DNA of 64,000 nucleotides. It comes from Escherichia phage JES2013. A program made the position numbers and the translations under genes. The notes under the pieces were generated by a model. That model did no database searches and had not been told where the DNA came from. It saw only the letters and a list, made by a program, of their open reading frames with translations. The DNA lies in sequence record KC690136; one strand, 5' to 3'. Below are positions 56,103 to 64,000 of this stretch, piece after piece. Every line of letters begins with the position of its first letter. Position 1 is the first letter of the stretch.

Positions 56103-56891
56103 ATGGGTCGAGCTAAAGAAACAAAACGCATGCGTGATGAAGCTAGAGAGGCTCGCAAATCTGATCGCCTGCGTAAGGCTGCTGAGAAATTTGCTGACGA
56201 AAGAGAGCACACCGCTCCAGCTCTCCGACCAATGAATAAGAAGCAGCAAAAGTATCTTGATTATCTAGGGTCACGTAAGATTATCATTGTAAACGGTGTG
56301 TTTGGATCTGGTAAGACATTCATGGCATCTGCCTATGCAGGTGATCTTCTGCGTAAGAACGAGATTGATAAGATCATTGTTGCACGTCCTTACGTTCAGA
56401 CAGGAAAGACTTCAGGATTTAAACCTGGAAATGCAATGCAGAAACTGTGGCCCTATCTTCGAAGCATGATGGACACGATTTGTCGTCGTGTTGGCAAAGG
56501 TGCTTTTGCCGCAATGCTGGGAGACGGTCAGAACAGCCGTATCGAGATTTGTGAGGTTGAAAGCATTCGTGGTCGTAGTTTCGATGAGCGATGCTTTGTC
56601 CTGATTGACGAGGCACAGCAAACTAACCCTGAAGAAATGTTGTCAATTATCACAAGGATCTCTGATCAGGCCACCCTTGTAATTATGGGCGATAATAGCC
56701 AACGTGACATCCCTGGTAAATCTGGCCTTGCATGGGTGACGGATTTCTTTACTCGTCATCCAGATCCTGAGGTTGGAATGATCAGCTTTGATAGTCCAGA
56801 CGATGTTGTTCGTTCCGGGTTGGGTCGTCAGATTGCACTCAATCTTATTGAGGATCGTGCAAATCATATTTGGACCCCTGTTTCCGAGTAA
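56103..56891 (+). CDS. phoH: PhoH-like ATPase
   Basis: Walker A GVFGSGKTF and PhoH-family layout. Confidence 0.75.
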   Translation: MGRAKETKRMRDEAREARKSDRLRKAAEKFADEREHTAPALRPMNKKQQKYLDYLGSRKIIIVNGVFGSGKTFMASAYAGDLLRKNEIDKIIVARPYVQTGKTSGFKPGNAMQKLWPYLRSMMDTICRRVGKGAFAAMLGDGQNSRIEICEVESIRGRSFDERCFVLIDEAQQTNPEEMLSIITRISDQATLVIMGDNSQRDIPGKSGLAWVTDFFTRHPDPEVGMISFDSPDDVVRSGLGRQIALNLIEDRANHIWTPVSE

Positions 56892-56935
56892 TACAGAAGG
56901 GTGGTTATTCCACCCTTAGATATCTAAAACAGTTG

Positions 56936-56964
56936 TTGACAAACAGGTAAGATTTAGATATTAT
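56936..56964 (+). promoter_or_regulatory. sigma70-like promoter
   Basis: TTGACA (56936-56941), 17-nt spacer, TATTAT (56959-56964); preceded by hairpin GGGTGG TTAT TCCACCC. Confidence 0.5.
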
Positions 56965-56994
56965 TACCGGACAAGACAAGGAGAAGGAGATAGT

Positions 56995-57306
56995 ATGGCT
57001 ACAATACAAGAGAGACTGAATAAAATATACTGCCTGTTTGTCTATAACGGCGAGACAATTTTGGCAAATAAAGGATCCAAGAATGTGTGGATCAAGGACA
57101 GGGGTGGTAATATAATCAACTTAGCGTTGCTACGTGAGCGCCGACACAGATTCTTTATCGAGTCTCGGATTATTGAAAGCAGCACCTGCTACAGAACAGG
57201 CGATAAAGTAATTGTTGACAATGATACGTGGTATGTGGTAGACTGGCAATCATTGAGCTGTGATGCTTCTGACAATCGTAAGTATTCCCTAGTGATTGCT
57301 AAATAA
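56995..57306 (+). CDS. hypothetical protein
   Basis: 103-aa ORF with GGAGAAGGAG RBS. Confidence 0.45.
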   Translation: MATIQERLNKIYCLFVYNGETILANKGSKNVWIKDRGGNIINLALLRERRHRFFIESRIIESSTCYRTGDKVIVDNDTWYVVDWQSLSCDASDNRKYSLVIAK

Positions 57307-57366
57307 AGGTAAATGTGAATCAGGTTTAAATAAATAGCTTTCAACTTCCAATATTAAGGATTTCTC

Positions 57367-58416
57367 ATGAATTTAACACCTCGCAGCACCATGGTACACG
57401 GCATGAAAGAAAAACAGAACGGTTTCGAACCTATGAGTAATAAAATGTTTGGTATGCCGGGTGGTATTATGGAAACATACAGCTACCCAACACCTGTTGT
57501 TGACCACGTTCTTTATATCGACGATTTGGAAGACTTACAAGATCATATGTCTCGTCTGCAGACGATCCGTATGGCTCAGCCGGAAGAAAGCATTCGGGTG
57601 ATCATCAATAGCCCTGGGGGTTGCGTGCACATTGCAATGGCTTATCTGCAGGCATTCCGCGAGTCTCAGGCAAGCGTTGTTGCACATGCTGAAGGGATGT
57701 GCTGCTCTGCTGGAACAATCTTATGGCTTGGTTGTAAAGAACGTACTGTGGCTCCGGACACAGAGTTTATGTTCCACTACTATCAAGGTGGCACTTATGG
57801 TAACGGTGTGAACATGAATACTCAGGTCAGCTACTGGAAAAAACGTTTTGAACGCCTGATCGAAAAATACTACGGTGGGGTGCTGACAGAAGATGAGATC
57901 GCATCCATCACAGCTGGTGGCGAAGTGTGGTTGGACGGAGAAGAGCTGGCAGCACGCACTGGAGCTATTATTCTGGATGAAGGCAACATACAACGCATCC
58001 AGAACGGACAAAAACCGAAAAAGCTTCTGGCAAAAGGTGATGAAGAAGGCGTGTTAGGTGAAGCAGGTCTTCCGGAGATTCACCAGTGCACATCTTTAGA
58101 TGAGTTAGTTCATGCTGTTGAATCTGCAAAAGCGGGTGGTTCGAAAGGTGATGTTCACACTGTGTTCCTGAATCTGCAGATGGAAAGTGGCGAGACCGTC
58201 AGAATTGCCCTGGGTGAGATTACTTCAGAAGATCTGCAGAGATTCTCTGTCGTTGAACTTCAGGATATTCTGTCTCAATTGAAGACTACTCTGAACGGCG
58301 GTGAAGAGGTTAAGGTGAAAGATAAGACGCGCAAGCGTCTGGTGGACAATATTATTAAAACAGCAAAAGAGCTCAATGAAAAAATCCTGGGTGCAGGAAT
58401 TGTCGAAGAAGCTTAA
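57367..58416 (+). CDS. ClpP-like serine protease with ~150-aa C-terminal extension
   Basis: ClpP signature INSPGG, Ser in MCCSAG, His in FMFHYYQGG; located in early region far from head genes. Confidence 0.55.
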   Translation: MNLTPRSTMVHGMKEKQNGFEPMSNKMFGMPGGIMETYSYPTPVVDHVLYIDDLEDLQDHMSRLQTIRMAQPEESIRVIINSPGGCVHIAMAYLQAFRESQASVVAHAEGMCCSAGTILWLGCKERTVAPDTEFMFHYYQGGTYGNGVNMNTQVSYWKKRFERLIEKYYGGVLTEDEIASITAGGEVWLDGEELAARTGAIILDEGNIQRIQNGQKPKKLLAKGDEEGVLGEAGLPEIHQCTSLDELVHAVESAKAGGSKGDVHTVFLNLQMESGETVRIALGEITSEDLQRFSVVELQDILSQLKTTLNGGEEVKVKDKTRKRLVDNIIKTAKELNEKILGAGIVEEA

Positions 58417-58428
58417 ACATTAATTCTA

Positions 58429-58451
58429 AAGCCCTCTTCGGAGGGCTTTTA
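58429..58451 (+). terminator. rho-independent terminator
   Basis: Hairpin AAGCCCTC TTCG GAGGGCTT followed by TTTAT. Confidence 0.6.
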
Positions 58452-58467
58452 TGATCTGGAGATTTGC

Positions 58468-59001
58468 ATGACTTGTGCTAGAAAACCTGATGAACAACGT
58501 AACGCCTACGATGAGTATGTGACACCGGAGTGGTGTGCAGAAGGGCTGTATGACCTTATTCCGTTCCCAGAAGACTGGACCTACTTAGAGCCTTGCAGGA
58601 ATAGTGCCTCAGGTGTGTTCTACTCCCGTATGCCGTTAGGATCTGCATGGGGAGAAATCCAAGAAGGTGTTGACTATCTGAATACAGAATACAACCATGT
58701 TGACTGTATTATCACCAACCCGCCGTACAGCCTGGCTCGTGAGTTTGTGGACAAGGCGTTGAAAGATGCCGACGTAGTTATTATGCTTTTGCGTCTTAAT
58801 TTTCTGGAAAGCAAGGCCAGATTTGAATGGTGGCTTGATAATGCACCTACCACTGTGATCACAATATCTAAGCGCCCGTCATTCCAATCCAATGGTAGAA
58901 CGGATGGGCAGGCATATGCATATTTTGTATGGGACAAGAAAAACCGTCTAGACTTGCCGCCATTTATGTGGTTGGCACCACCAGAGGCAGATTTGAAATG
59001 A
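58468..59001 (+). CDS. DNA N6-adenine methyltransferase (small, phage Dam-like)
   Basis: Motif IV NPPY (ITNPPYS) in a 177-aa protein. Confidence 0.55.
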   Translation: MTCARKPDEQRNAYDEYVTPEWCAEGLYDLIPFPEDWTYLEPCRNSASGVFYSRMPLGSAWGEIQEGVDYLNTEYNHVDCIITNPPYSLAREFVDKALKDADVVIMLLRLNFLESKARFEWWLDNAPTTVITISKRPSFQSNGRTDGQAYAYFVWDKKNRLDLPPFMWLAPPEADLK

Positions 59002-59282
59002 AAATGAGTGCTAAGGACAAGTTGCACCAGTTAGCGCTAAAACGTCCTGTAACGCTCCCTGACGAGCTTAACTCCATTTATGATGCGATTGTAGGGGAGA
59101 TACAAAATAAAGCGTTAGCAGGCTTTCTGGGATGCGGATTTTCGATAAATCTACCCTCACATCTCTCAGATTACTTCCCGCATATTGTTGGGGATTTGAG
59201 GGCAGGAGGTCTGCAGGTAGATGTTGTTGGCATCTCTCCAGAGAAAAATAACACGGTTGCCTACTTGACAGTAACCTGGTAG
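58998..59282 (+). CDS. hypothetical protein
   Basis: Start at ATG 58998 overlapping upstream stop (ATGA); 94 aa. Confidence 0.4.
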   Translation: MKMSAKDKLHQLALKRPVTLPDELNSIYDAIVGEIQNKALAGFLGCGFSINLPSHLSDYFPHIVGDLRAGGLQVDVVGISPEKNNTVAYLTVTW

Positions 59283-59317
59283 TTATGTATTGTTGTTCTC
59301 AACAAGGGGGGTCATTT

Positions 59318-59557
59318 ATGTACAAGTCATTTTCAATTTACTCAAGACAGGCGAAACACTACACAGAGATCCTGATTACTCAGAAAAAATCTGTAGAAGG
59401 TGAGTGGGAATATCACCATAAAATGTTGCGTCCAGATTGGGTTTTTGATAGACTTATTGCTATGATCCCTCTTGGAGAAGTATACCCTCTGACAGGTCAT
59501 AGGGATGCTTGGGATTTAATTGATTACATAGATTCATTTAAGGAGCCCAGTGTATGA
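59318..59557 (+). CDS. hypothetical protein
   Basis: Track ORF trimmed to Met at 59318 preceded by AAGGGGGG RBS. Confidence 0.4.
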   Translation: MYKSFSIYSRQAKHYTEILITQKKSVEGEWEYHHKMLRPDWVFDRLIAMIPLGEVYPLTGHRDAWDLIDYIDSFKEPSV

Positions 59558-59952
59558 AGATTGAGATCACTAAAGAAGGTAAGAAAGTGTCTGGAGACTA
59601 TGCAACAGTAATTCGAGATTTAATGTTTGAAACCACCAAGTTCGGCACATCTAAAGTTGGTCAAACGGTGAGTGTGCAAGGTAATATCACCTCAGGAGAG
59701 AAGATAATCATCGTGATCAAAGGACAAGATCCTGTGGAAGGAACAGTGGGCCGAGGAGGCTACCTGTGCATTTCTGAAGAACCGCGCATGCTGGTTGCTG
59801 ATGACTCCACAGGTAAAAAGCGGGTATGTAACACTGACGAGGTGATGATTATCTATCCAGTCAACCCAGATGATCCTGCAACATGGATTGTGGGGAATGA
59901 AATCTTCTCTTTAGAAGAGTTATCATTCCCAGCTCCGCGCTCTGTTCAGTAA
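59554..59952 (+). CDS. hypothetical protein
   Basis: 132-aa ORF with ATGA overlap. Confidence 0.45.
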   Translation: MKIEITKEGKKVSGDYATVIRDLMFETTKFGTSKVGQTVSVQGNITSGEKIIIVIKGQDPVEGTVGRGGYLCISEEPRMLVADDSTGKKRVCNTDEVMIIYPVNPDDPATWIVGNEIFSLEELSFPAPRSVQ

Positions 59953-59991
59953 TAATTTATCTTACCAGGGACGGTAGAAGTAGGAGGTAGC

Positions 59992-60225
59992 ATGAAAGTT
60001 AAATTTCTTACAGATTTAGGGTACCCTTCCTTGGTTGACTGCGTTGGTAAAATTGTGGAAGCAAAACGACTATCTGCAAACGATAATGTTGTCATGGTTA
60101 AGGGAAAAGATTTACTATCTGCAGGTGCAGAGTCTGGCAGGATCTCTCCTGACTATACGTATTACCTGTCTTTAAGTAATCTACCAGAACGAGGCGGCAA
60201 AGGCCTTGAAGTTGTGGAGGAGTGA
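59992..60225 (+). CDS. hypothetical protein, member of small paralog family (MKVK-LD)
   Basis: 77 aa; similar to 63616..63843 and 63833..end (MKVKFL.D...KGKDLLSAGAESG vs KGADLIAAGASQD). Confidence 0.45.
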   Translation: MKVKFLTDLGYPSLVDCVGKIVEAKRLSANDNVVMVKGKDLLSAGAESGRISPDYTYYLSLSNLPERGGKGLEVVEE

Positions 60226-60749
60226 CAGGTATGCTACTGGTTGATTGGAAAGATTTTTATGGCGATAAAGACCCGAAAGCATTTATATATAAGCCTTGGA
60301 GATACTCAGAGAGTCAAATTGCTGCAATAAACCTTACAGCAAAGCGCCGAAAAATTATTGAAAGTAAATATAGATACGCCCAGCTAGTGGCTGGTGTTTC
60401 TCCACAGGTAGAGGGTTTTGTACTTAAACTGTACGAAAAGTTTATGAATTACGATTTGTCATTCGTGAAGGTGGGCGAGGATTTATCCCCTGGTAACAAC
60501 GTAACTCGTTGGAAAGTTTCGTGTGACAAAAAACTCCCGATCAGTATTGAGGTGTGTCGATACTGGGGGTATCATGATTGTGGATTGTATGACTACCATG
60601 ATGTGGAAATAAAGCCACGCAATCATCTAAGCGACACAGAAAAAGATTACTTGAAGCATGTGATTCTTTCCATGTTTGGAGGGTATATCACAGAGAAAAA
60701 TAGCGAAGACAGAGTATCCTTTCTTAACAGTTTGAACCAGGAGATGTAA
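60222..60749 (+). CDS. hypothetical protein
   Basis: 175-aa ORF. Confidence 0.45.
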   Translation: MTGMLLVDWKDFYGDKDPKAFIYKPWRYSESQIAAINLTAKRRKIIESKYRYAQLVAGVSPQVEGFVLKLYEKFMNYDLSFVKVGEDLSPGNNVTRWKVSCDKKLPISIEVCRYWGYHDCGLYDYHDVEIKPRNHLSDTEKDYLKHVILSMFGGYITEKNSEDRVSFLNSLNQEM

Positions 60750-60750
60750 T

Positions 60751-60987
60751 ATGGCCATAGATACTGTGTTGGTTTGGTATTGCGCATTGACCTTTCTGAC
60801 AATGGTTGTTTTAGCAACTCTTTGCATCATATCTTGTAGAAAAATTAAGTTTGACGACTTTATAACTATAATCACTGCCGCACCTTTTTGGCCTGTCGTT
60901 CTCTTCATTGTTGTTATGTGCTTGGTAGATCACTGTAAAACCGTCAGAAAAATGAAGGAGGCAGATAAGAATGGTAACAGTGACTGA
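60751..60987 (+). CDS. small membrane protein (2 predicted TM segments)
   Basis: 78 aa; hydrophobic stretches VLVWYCALTFLTMVVLATLCIISC and AAPFWPVVLFIVVMCLV. Confidence 0.45.
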   Translation: MAIDTVLVWYCALTFLTMVVLATLCIISCRKIKFDDFITIITAAPFWPVVLFIVVMCLVDHCKTVRKMKEADKNGNSD

Positions 60988-61101
60988 AACTGTTTATACT
61001 GTTCTTAGGGAGATTGCATTCTATACAGACCTTAGTTCAGTATCTTCATGGGAAAAGAGTGTGTATTTAAAATGGTGCGTGAAATTAGAGGGGACCTTCT
61101 A

Positions 61102-61221
61102 ATGTTTCAAGCCATGTTTATTGAAATGCTCTCCGGAGTATTACTGCTGGTAGCCATTTTGGGTGGTGCGGCACTAATGTATAATTATCTTGAAAAAGGA
61201 GACAGCAATGGTAAAAAATAA
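61102..61221 (+). CDS. small single-TM peptide, 39 aa
   Basis: MFQAMFIEMLSGVLLLVAILGGAALMYNYLEKGDSNGKK; AGAGGGGA RBS; below ORF-track cutoff. Confidence 0.35.
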   Translation: MFQAMFIEMLSGVLLLVAILGGAALMYNYLEKGDSNGKK

Positions 61222-61393
61222 ATCTTTAGAGCAGGCTGAAAACCTTCTCCACGAGCTGGTAAAGGAGTGGAAAGTTGAATACTCAGATTTTAATGCACGA
61301 GAGGGTGAAGATTATTGGCCTACGGAGCGCTCAGAGGGTGAATGGTATCAAGATTTTATAGAGTGGTTATATCAGACGTGCGATGAGGGGTGA
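61208..61393 (+). CDS. hypothetical protein
   Basis: Track ORF 61190..61393 trimmed to Met with AAAGGAGA RBS. Confidence 0.4.
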   Translation: MVKNKSLEQAENLLHELVKEWKVEYSDFNAREGEDYWPTERSEGEWYQDFIEWLYQTCDEG

Positions 61394-61851
61394 CGATGTT
61401 TGTTAAATATGTAAAAACGTGCCTCAACAGCCTTGGCAGAGAGCATTGGTACACCTTGCTTGAAAAAGGAGAGATTTTAACAAAATCTGGAAAGATAACT
61501 TTGATACCTCTTGACAGTAAAGACCCGTCACTACTTGTTATAGATGATTACGTTACAGGTGTGACGTTCGAGGTCTCTGTGGAGAGGTTAATACGCAGAG
61601 CTGGCGGCCCTTGTGATCAAAGAGAGTATGTTTTCGATTCCGTTACAGAGAGGGATCATCCGTCTTTAATGTTCAGGATGGTAATCAGAGATATGAGGTC
61701 ATCTATAGATAGGATCGTAAAGGACATTAAGGAACCTTTTAGAGTAAAAGTTAAGAAGTTTTTTGATTCTAAGATTAACATACTTGCCGTTGTGCTAGGC
61801 GTAATTCAACTTCTGTTAATTTTGCACTATTTTGAACTGTTGTCTAAGTAG
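61390..61851 (+). CDS. hypothetical protein with C-terminal TM anchor
   Basis: 153 aa; C-terminal ILAVVLGVIQLLLILHYF. Confidence 0.45.
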   Translation: MTMFVKYVKTCLNSLGREHWYTLLEKGEILTKSGKITLIPLDSKDPSLLVIDDYVTGVTFEVSVERLIRRAGGPCDQREYVFDSVTERDHPSLMFRMVIRDMRSSIDRIVKDIKEPFRVKVKKFFDSKINILAVVLGVIQLLLILHYFELLSK

Positions 61852-61911
61852 TGTGCAACAAGGCACAAAGGATGTGCCATAATTAAACAAATTAAGAAAG
61901 AGGTAGAGAGA

Positions 61912-62259
61912 ATGTCAAAGATTAAATCGATATTAATGTGGGTAGCTGTTGTGGCTTTTATAGGGTACTGGGTTTGGGAAACTGAATTAAAAGATATCGG
62001 ATATACCAGTCTTGAGAGCAAGGCGTGCATTGGCATAACCGATGCGTTCAGGCAAAACGCTATGGATCACGAATGTGTTGATGCAGATATAGATGAGAAA
62101 CTGTCTAAGGACAAAGATTTTTACCATGGGCATGCTTTGCTTGATAGTGGTGACACTGTAGAGTTCTGGTCGTGGTTCCGTGAAGATGGAACAATAAAAA
62201 CAGCAGTAAAGATCTCTAACAAAGAGTTAATGCTGTTGCAGCAGAAGGAGGCTCAATGA
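61912..62259 (+). CDS. hypothetical protein with N-terminal TM/signal segment
   Basis: 115 aa; ILMWVAVVAFIGYWVW near N-terminus; preceded by conserved dyad element and AGAGGTAGAGAG RBS. Confidence 0.45.
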   Translation: MSKIKSILMWVAVVAFIGYWVWETELKDIGYTSLESKACIGITDAFRQNAMDHECVDADIDEKLSKDKDFYHGHALLDSGDTVEFWSWFREDGTIKTAVKISNKELMLLQQKEAQ

Positions 62260-62543
62260 TCTGGATATCCTATACTGATGGCACCATGCTGTATACTGCA
62301 GGTACCCGATATGAGGTTCAGGAGGACGATAAAAAATTTATCGTAAAAACATTTGACAAGGACGACAACCTTTTGCTAGAATTGACTTACAAGGTTGGAG
62401 AGGTATCCGATATCCAATTGGATTGTGGTCATAAAGATAATCCACTCAAAAAACCTGGAATAGGCAAGGCTTCAGAAGAACGTTTGTCTCGTATTGCAGA
62501 AAGCGTTTCTCCCCAAAAATCTAAGAAGAGGAGTAGAAAATGA
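62256..62543 (+). CDS. hypothetical protein
   Basis: 95-aa ORF, ATGA overlap. Confidence 0.4.
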   Translation: MIWISYTDGTMLYTAGTRYEVQEDDKKFIVKTFDKDDNLLLELTYKVGEVSDIQLDCGHKDNPLKKPGIGKASEERLSRIAESVSPQKSKKRSRK

Positions 62544-62740
62544 GTGACAAAATTCTTAAATTTAATACCTACTATGAGAATGATTTGAACGATCTGTATT
62601 ATATAGTGCGTAGCGAAAACCCGAATGTAGTACTGTTTTGCCGAGAACCTTTCAAAGGAGAGGAGATTGAATCTACCATGAATGTGGATCAGATTTCACA
62701 CCTGCTGCTCCTTGGATCATTAAAAGAGGCTGTATTCTAA
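62540..62740 (+). CDS. hypothetical protein
   Basis: 66-aa ORF, ATGA overlap. Confidence 0.4.
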   Translation: MSDKILKFNTYYENDLNDLYYIVRSENPNVVLFCREPFKGEEIESTMNVDQISHLLLLGSLKEAVF

Positions 62741-62759
62741 ACCAGGGTGGAGGGTTTTT

Positions 62760-62945
62760 ATGAAGCACTATTGTCTGTCTGGTAGAATGGGTGCAGATTG
62801 TGATTGGGTTTTCTTAAAACTTGTCAGTATTCGAGAGTTCATTCCAGAGGAAGAGCAAGAAAGTGAGCTGATGTCATGGATCAACCATTACGGTAACACT
62901 TTTCGGCATGTTAAGGTGGAAGAGTTGCCAAGCGAGGCTGATTGA
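62760..62945 (+). CDS. hypothetical protein
   Basis: 61-aa ORF. Confidence 0.35.
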   Translation: MKHYCLSGRMGADCDWVFLKLVSIREFIPEEEQESELMSWINHYGNTFRHVKVEELPSEAD

Positions 62946-62947
62946 CT

Positions 62948-63037
62948 ATGATTGCATCAATATTAACGTTTATGGGTGGCGTGGCATTCGGATTCATTGT
63001 TTGCCTGTTTATAGTGATTATGTCTATGCGAGGCTGA
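62948..63037 (+). CDS. small hydrophobic peptide, 29 aa
   Basis: MIASILTFMGGVAFGFIVCLFIVIMSMRG; sits between two tightly spaced genes; below cutoff. Confidence 0.3.
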   Translation: MIASILTFMGGVAFGFIVCLFIVIMSMRG

Positions 63038-63040
63038 ATT

Positions 63041-63334
63041 ATGAAACTTTTTGAGTGGTTTAAAAAGTTTAAATATAAAGCTGTAGCCATCGTGCCGTGG
63101 TCCATTCAGTGGGTGGACGATGAGGGATTACCAATTCCAGGTGATAAAGACACGGGATACTGGATCATGCTTGAGAACGGGTTCGGTAAACGGAAATATT
63201 CCTGCACGGATACCTCAGGAGCATCTTTTAGGAGAATTCCTGGGTATAAATGTATGATTGTGTGGAAGATGTCTGGTGTACCTCCGGCCAATGCACAATA
63301 TCTTACTACCAATCCAACCACAGAAGAGGACTAA
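63041..63334 (+). CDS. hypothetical protein
   Basis: 97-aa ORF. Confidence 0.4.
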   Translation: MKLFEWFKKFKYKAVAIVPWSIQWVDDEGLPIPGDKDTGYWIMLENGFGKRKYSCTDTSGASFRRIPGYKCMIVWKMSGVPPANAQYLTTNPTTEED

Positions 63335-63337
63335 GTA

Positions 63338-63619
63338 ATGAAAAAGATTTGCGATACAGATGTGGAGTTCAAGGTGTGTAGTAAGGAGACCTATTGGGAA
63401 GTGAGACAAAAGGTATATTTGTTTGGACTTATCCCATATTGGTCTAAATTCTACTGGGGAGCAGATGAATTAGGGAGATATGCCACCAAAGCTATGGCGC
63501 TTATAGGTATAGCTGAATATATTGCTGCTAGGGACAGGGCTGGAAAAACCTGCTACTACACTGCTGACGAGATTCGTAACAGTGTTTACGTCCCCCAACC
63601 ACCTGAAGGAGACCGTTGA
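63338..63619 (+). CDS. hypothetical protein
   Basis: 93-aa ORF. Confidence 0.4.
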   Translation: MKKICDTDVEFKVCSKETYWEVRQKVYLFGLIPYWSKFYWGADELGRYATKAMALIGIAEYIAARDRAGKTCYYTADEIRNSVYVPQPPEGDR

Positions 63620-63843
63620 TGAAAGTTAAAGTTTTAGATTCAAGCTTCTATATTGGTCAGGAGCCTTTAGTGGGTAAAGTGTTTACCGCTGTCCCTAACG
63701 AAGATTATCCTGATCTTTTAAAAATAAAGGGCGCAGATCTTATTGCCGCTGGTGCATCTCAGGACTGCTTTGACAGCCAGTGGACCTACAACTTTGCCCT
63801 AGGTGAGGATGTAGAGATAGTGGAGGATGATCATGAAGGTTAA
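63616..63843 (+). CDS. hypothetical protein, member of small paralog family (MKVK-LD)
   Basis: 75 aa; MMKVKVLDSSFYIGQ...KGADLIAAGASQD; paralog of 59992..60225. Confidence 0.45.
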   Translation: MMKVKVLDSSFYIGQEPLVGKVFTAVPNEDYPDLLKIKGADLIAAGASQDCFDSQWTYNFALGEDVEIVEDDHEG

Positions 63844-64000
63844 AATTCTTGACTCTAACGTCTACTTGGGGCAATCCTTCCTGAAAGGAAAGGTCATCCC
63901 TGCGGTATACTTTGAAGGGTTGCCGTGGGATGATCCTGTGCGGCAACATCACAGTTATGTAGGCCACAACGTGGTGTTTATCTTAGGATCAGACCTGATC
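63833..64000 (+). CDS. hypothetical protein, third MKVK-LD paralog, 3' end beyond window
   Basis: ATG 63833 overlapping upstream stop; MKVKILDSNVYLGQSFLKGKVIPAV...; open to window end. Confidence 0.4.
   Translation, partial: MKVKILDSNVYLGQSFLKGKVIPAVYFEGLPWDDPVRQHHSYVGHNVVFILGSDLI

Noticed and set aside
1-64000. Integrase, repressor/anti-repressor pair or attachment site indicating a prophage or temperate lifestyle
   Set aside because: No tyrosine/serine recombinase motifs or CI/Cro-like divergent pair recognised; gene content (tRNAs, RNR, ThyX, ligases) fits a virulent phage.

Overview
This window reads as a segment of a virulent tailed dsDNA phage genome (Caudoviricetes); no integrase or lysogeny genes were seen. 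All calls are from manual reading of the sequence and ORF track; no database search or folding program was run. Left ~29 kb (minus strand) is a late/structural module, read from high to low coordinates: spanin pair, terminase large subunit interrupted by a group I intron carrying an HNH (Endo VII-type) homing endonuclease, portal, putative protease, scaffold, decoration-like protein, major capsid protein, neck proteins, putative sheath and tube, tail assembly chaperone with a canonical -1 slippery site, tape measure protein, baseplate-like proteins and two tail fibers that share an N-terminal anchor domain. The centre (29.3-29.9 kb) holds a minus-strand tRNA cluster (Pro, Met, Thr, Tyr-like, Arg) behind a near-consensus promoter, followed by a strand-switch region with an iteron-like repeat array, an AT-rich tract and a GC-rich ORF-free island. 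The right ~30 kb (plus strand) is an early/DNA-metabolism module: a candidate RNA-repair cluster (P-loop kinase, metallophosphoesterase, Rnl-like ligase) next to a zinc-ribbon-less Sir2 protein, DNA ligase, lambda R-like endolysin, FEN-type exonuclease, RuvC-like and Endo VII-like nucleases, DEDD exonuclease, two orphan N6-adenine methyltransferases, ThyX, NrdA/NrdB, glutaredoxin, NrdD/NrdG, PhoH, a ClpP-like protease and many small overlapping ORFs. The most distinctive items are the terminase intron, the RNA-repair/Sir2 cluster beside the tRNAs, and conserved dyad elements with compensatory base changes upstream of two early genes.
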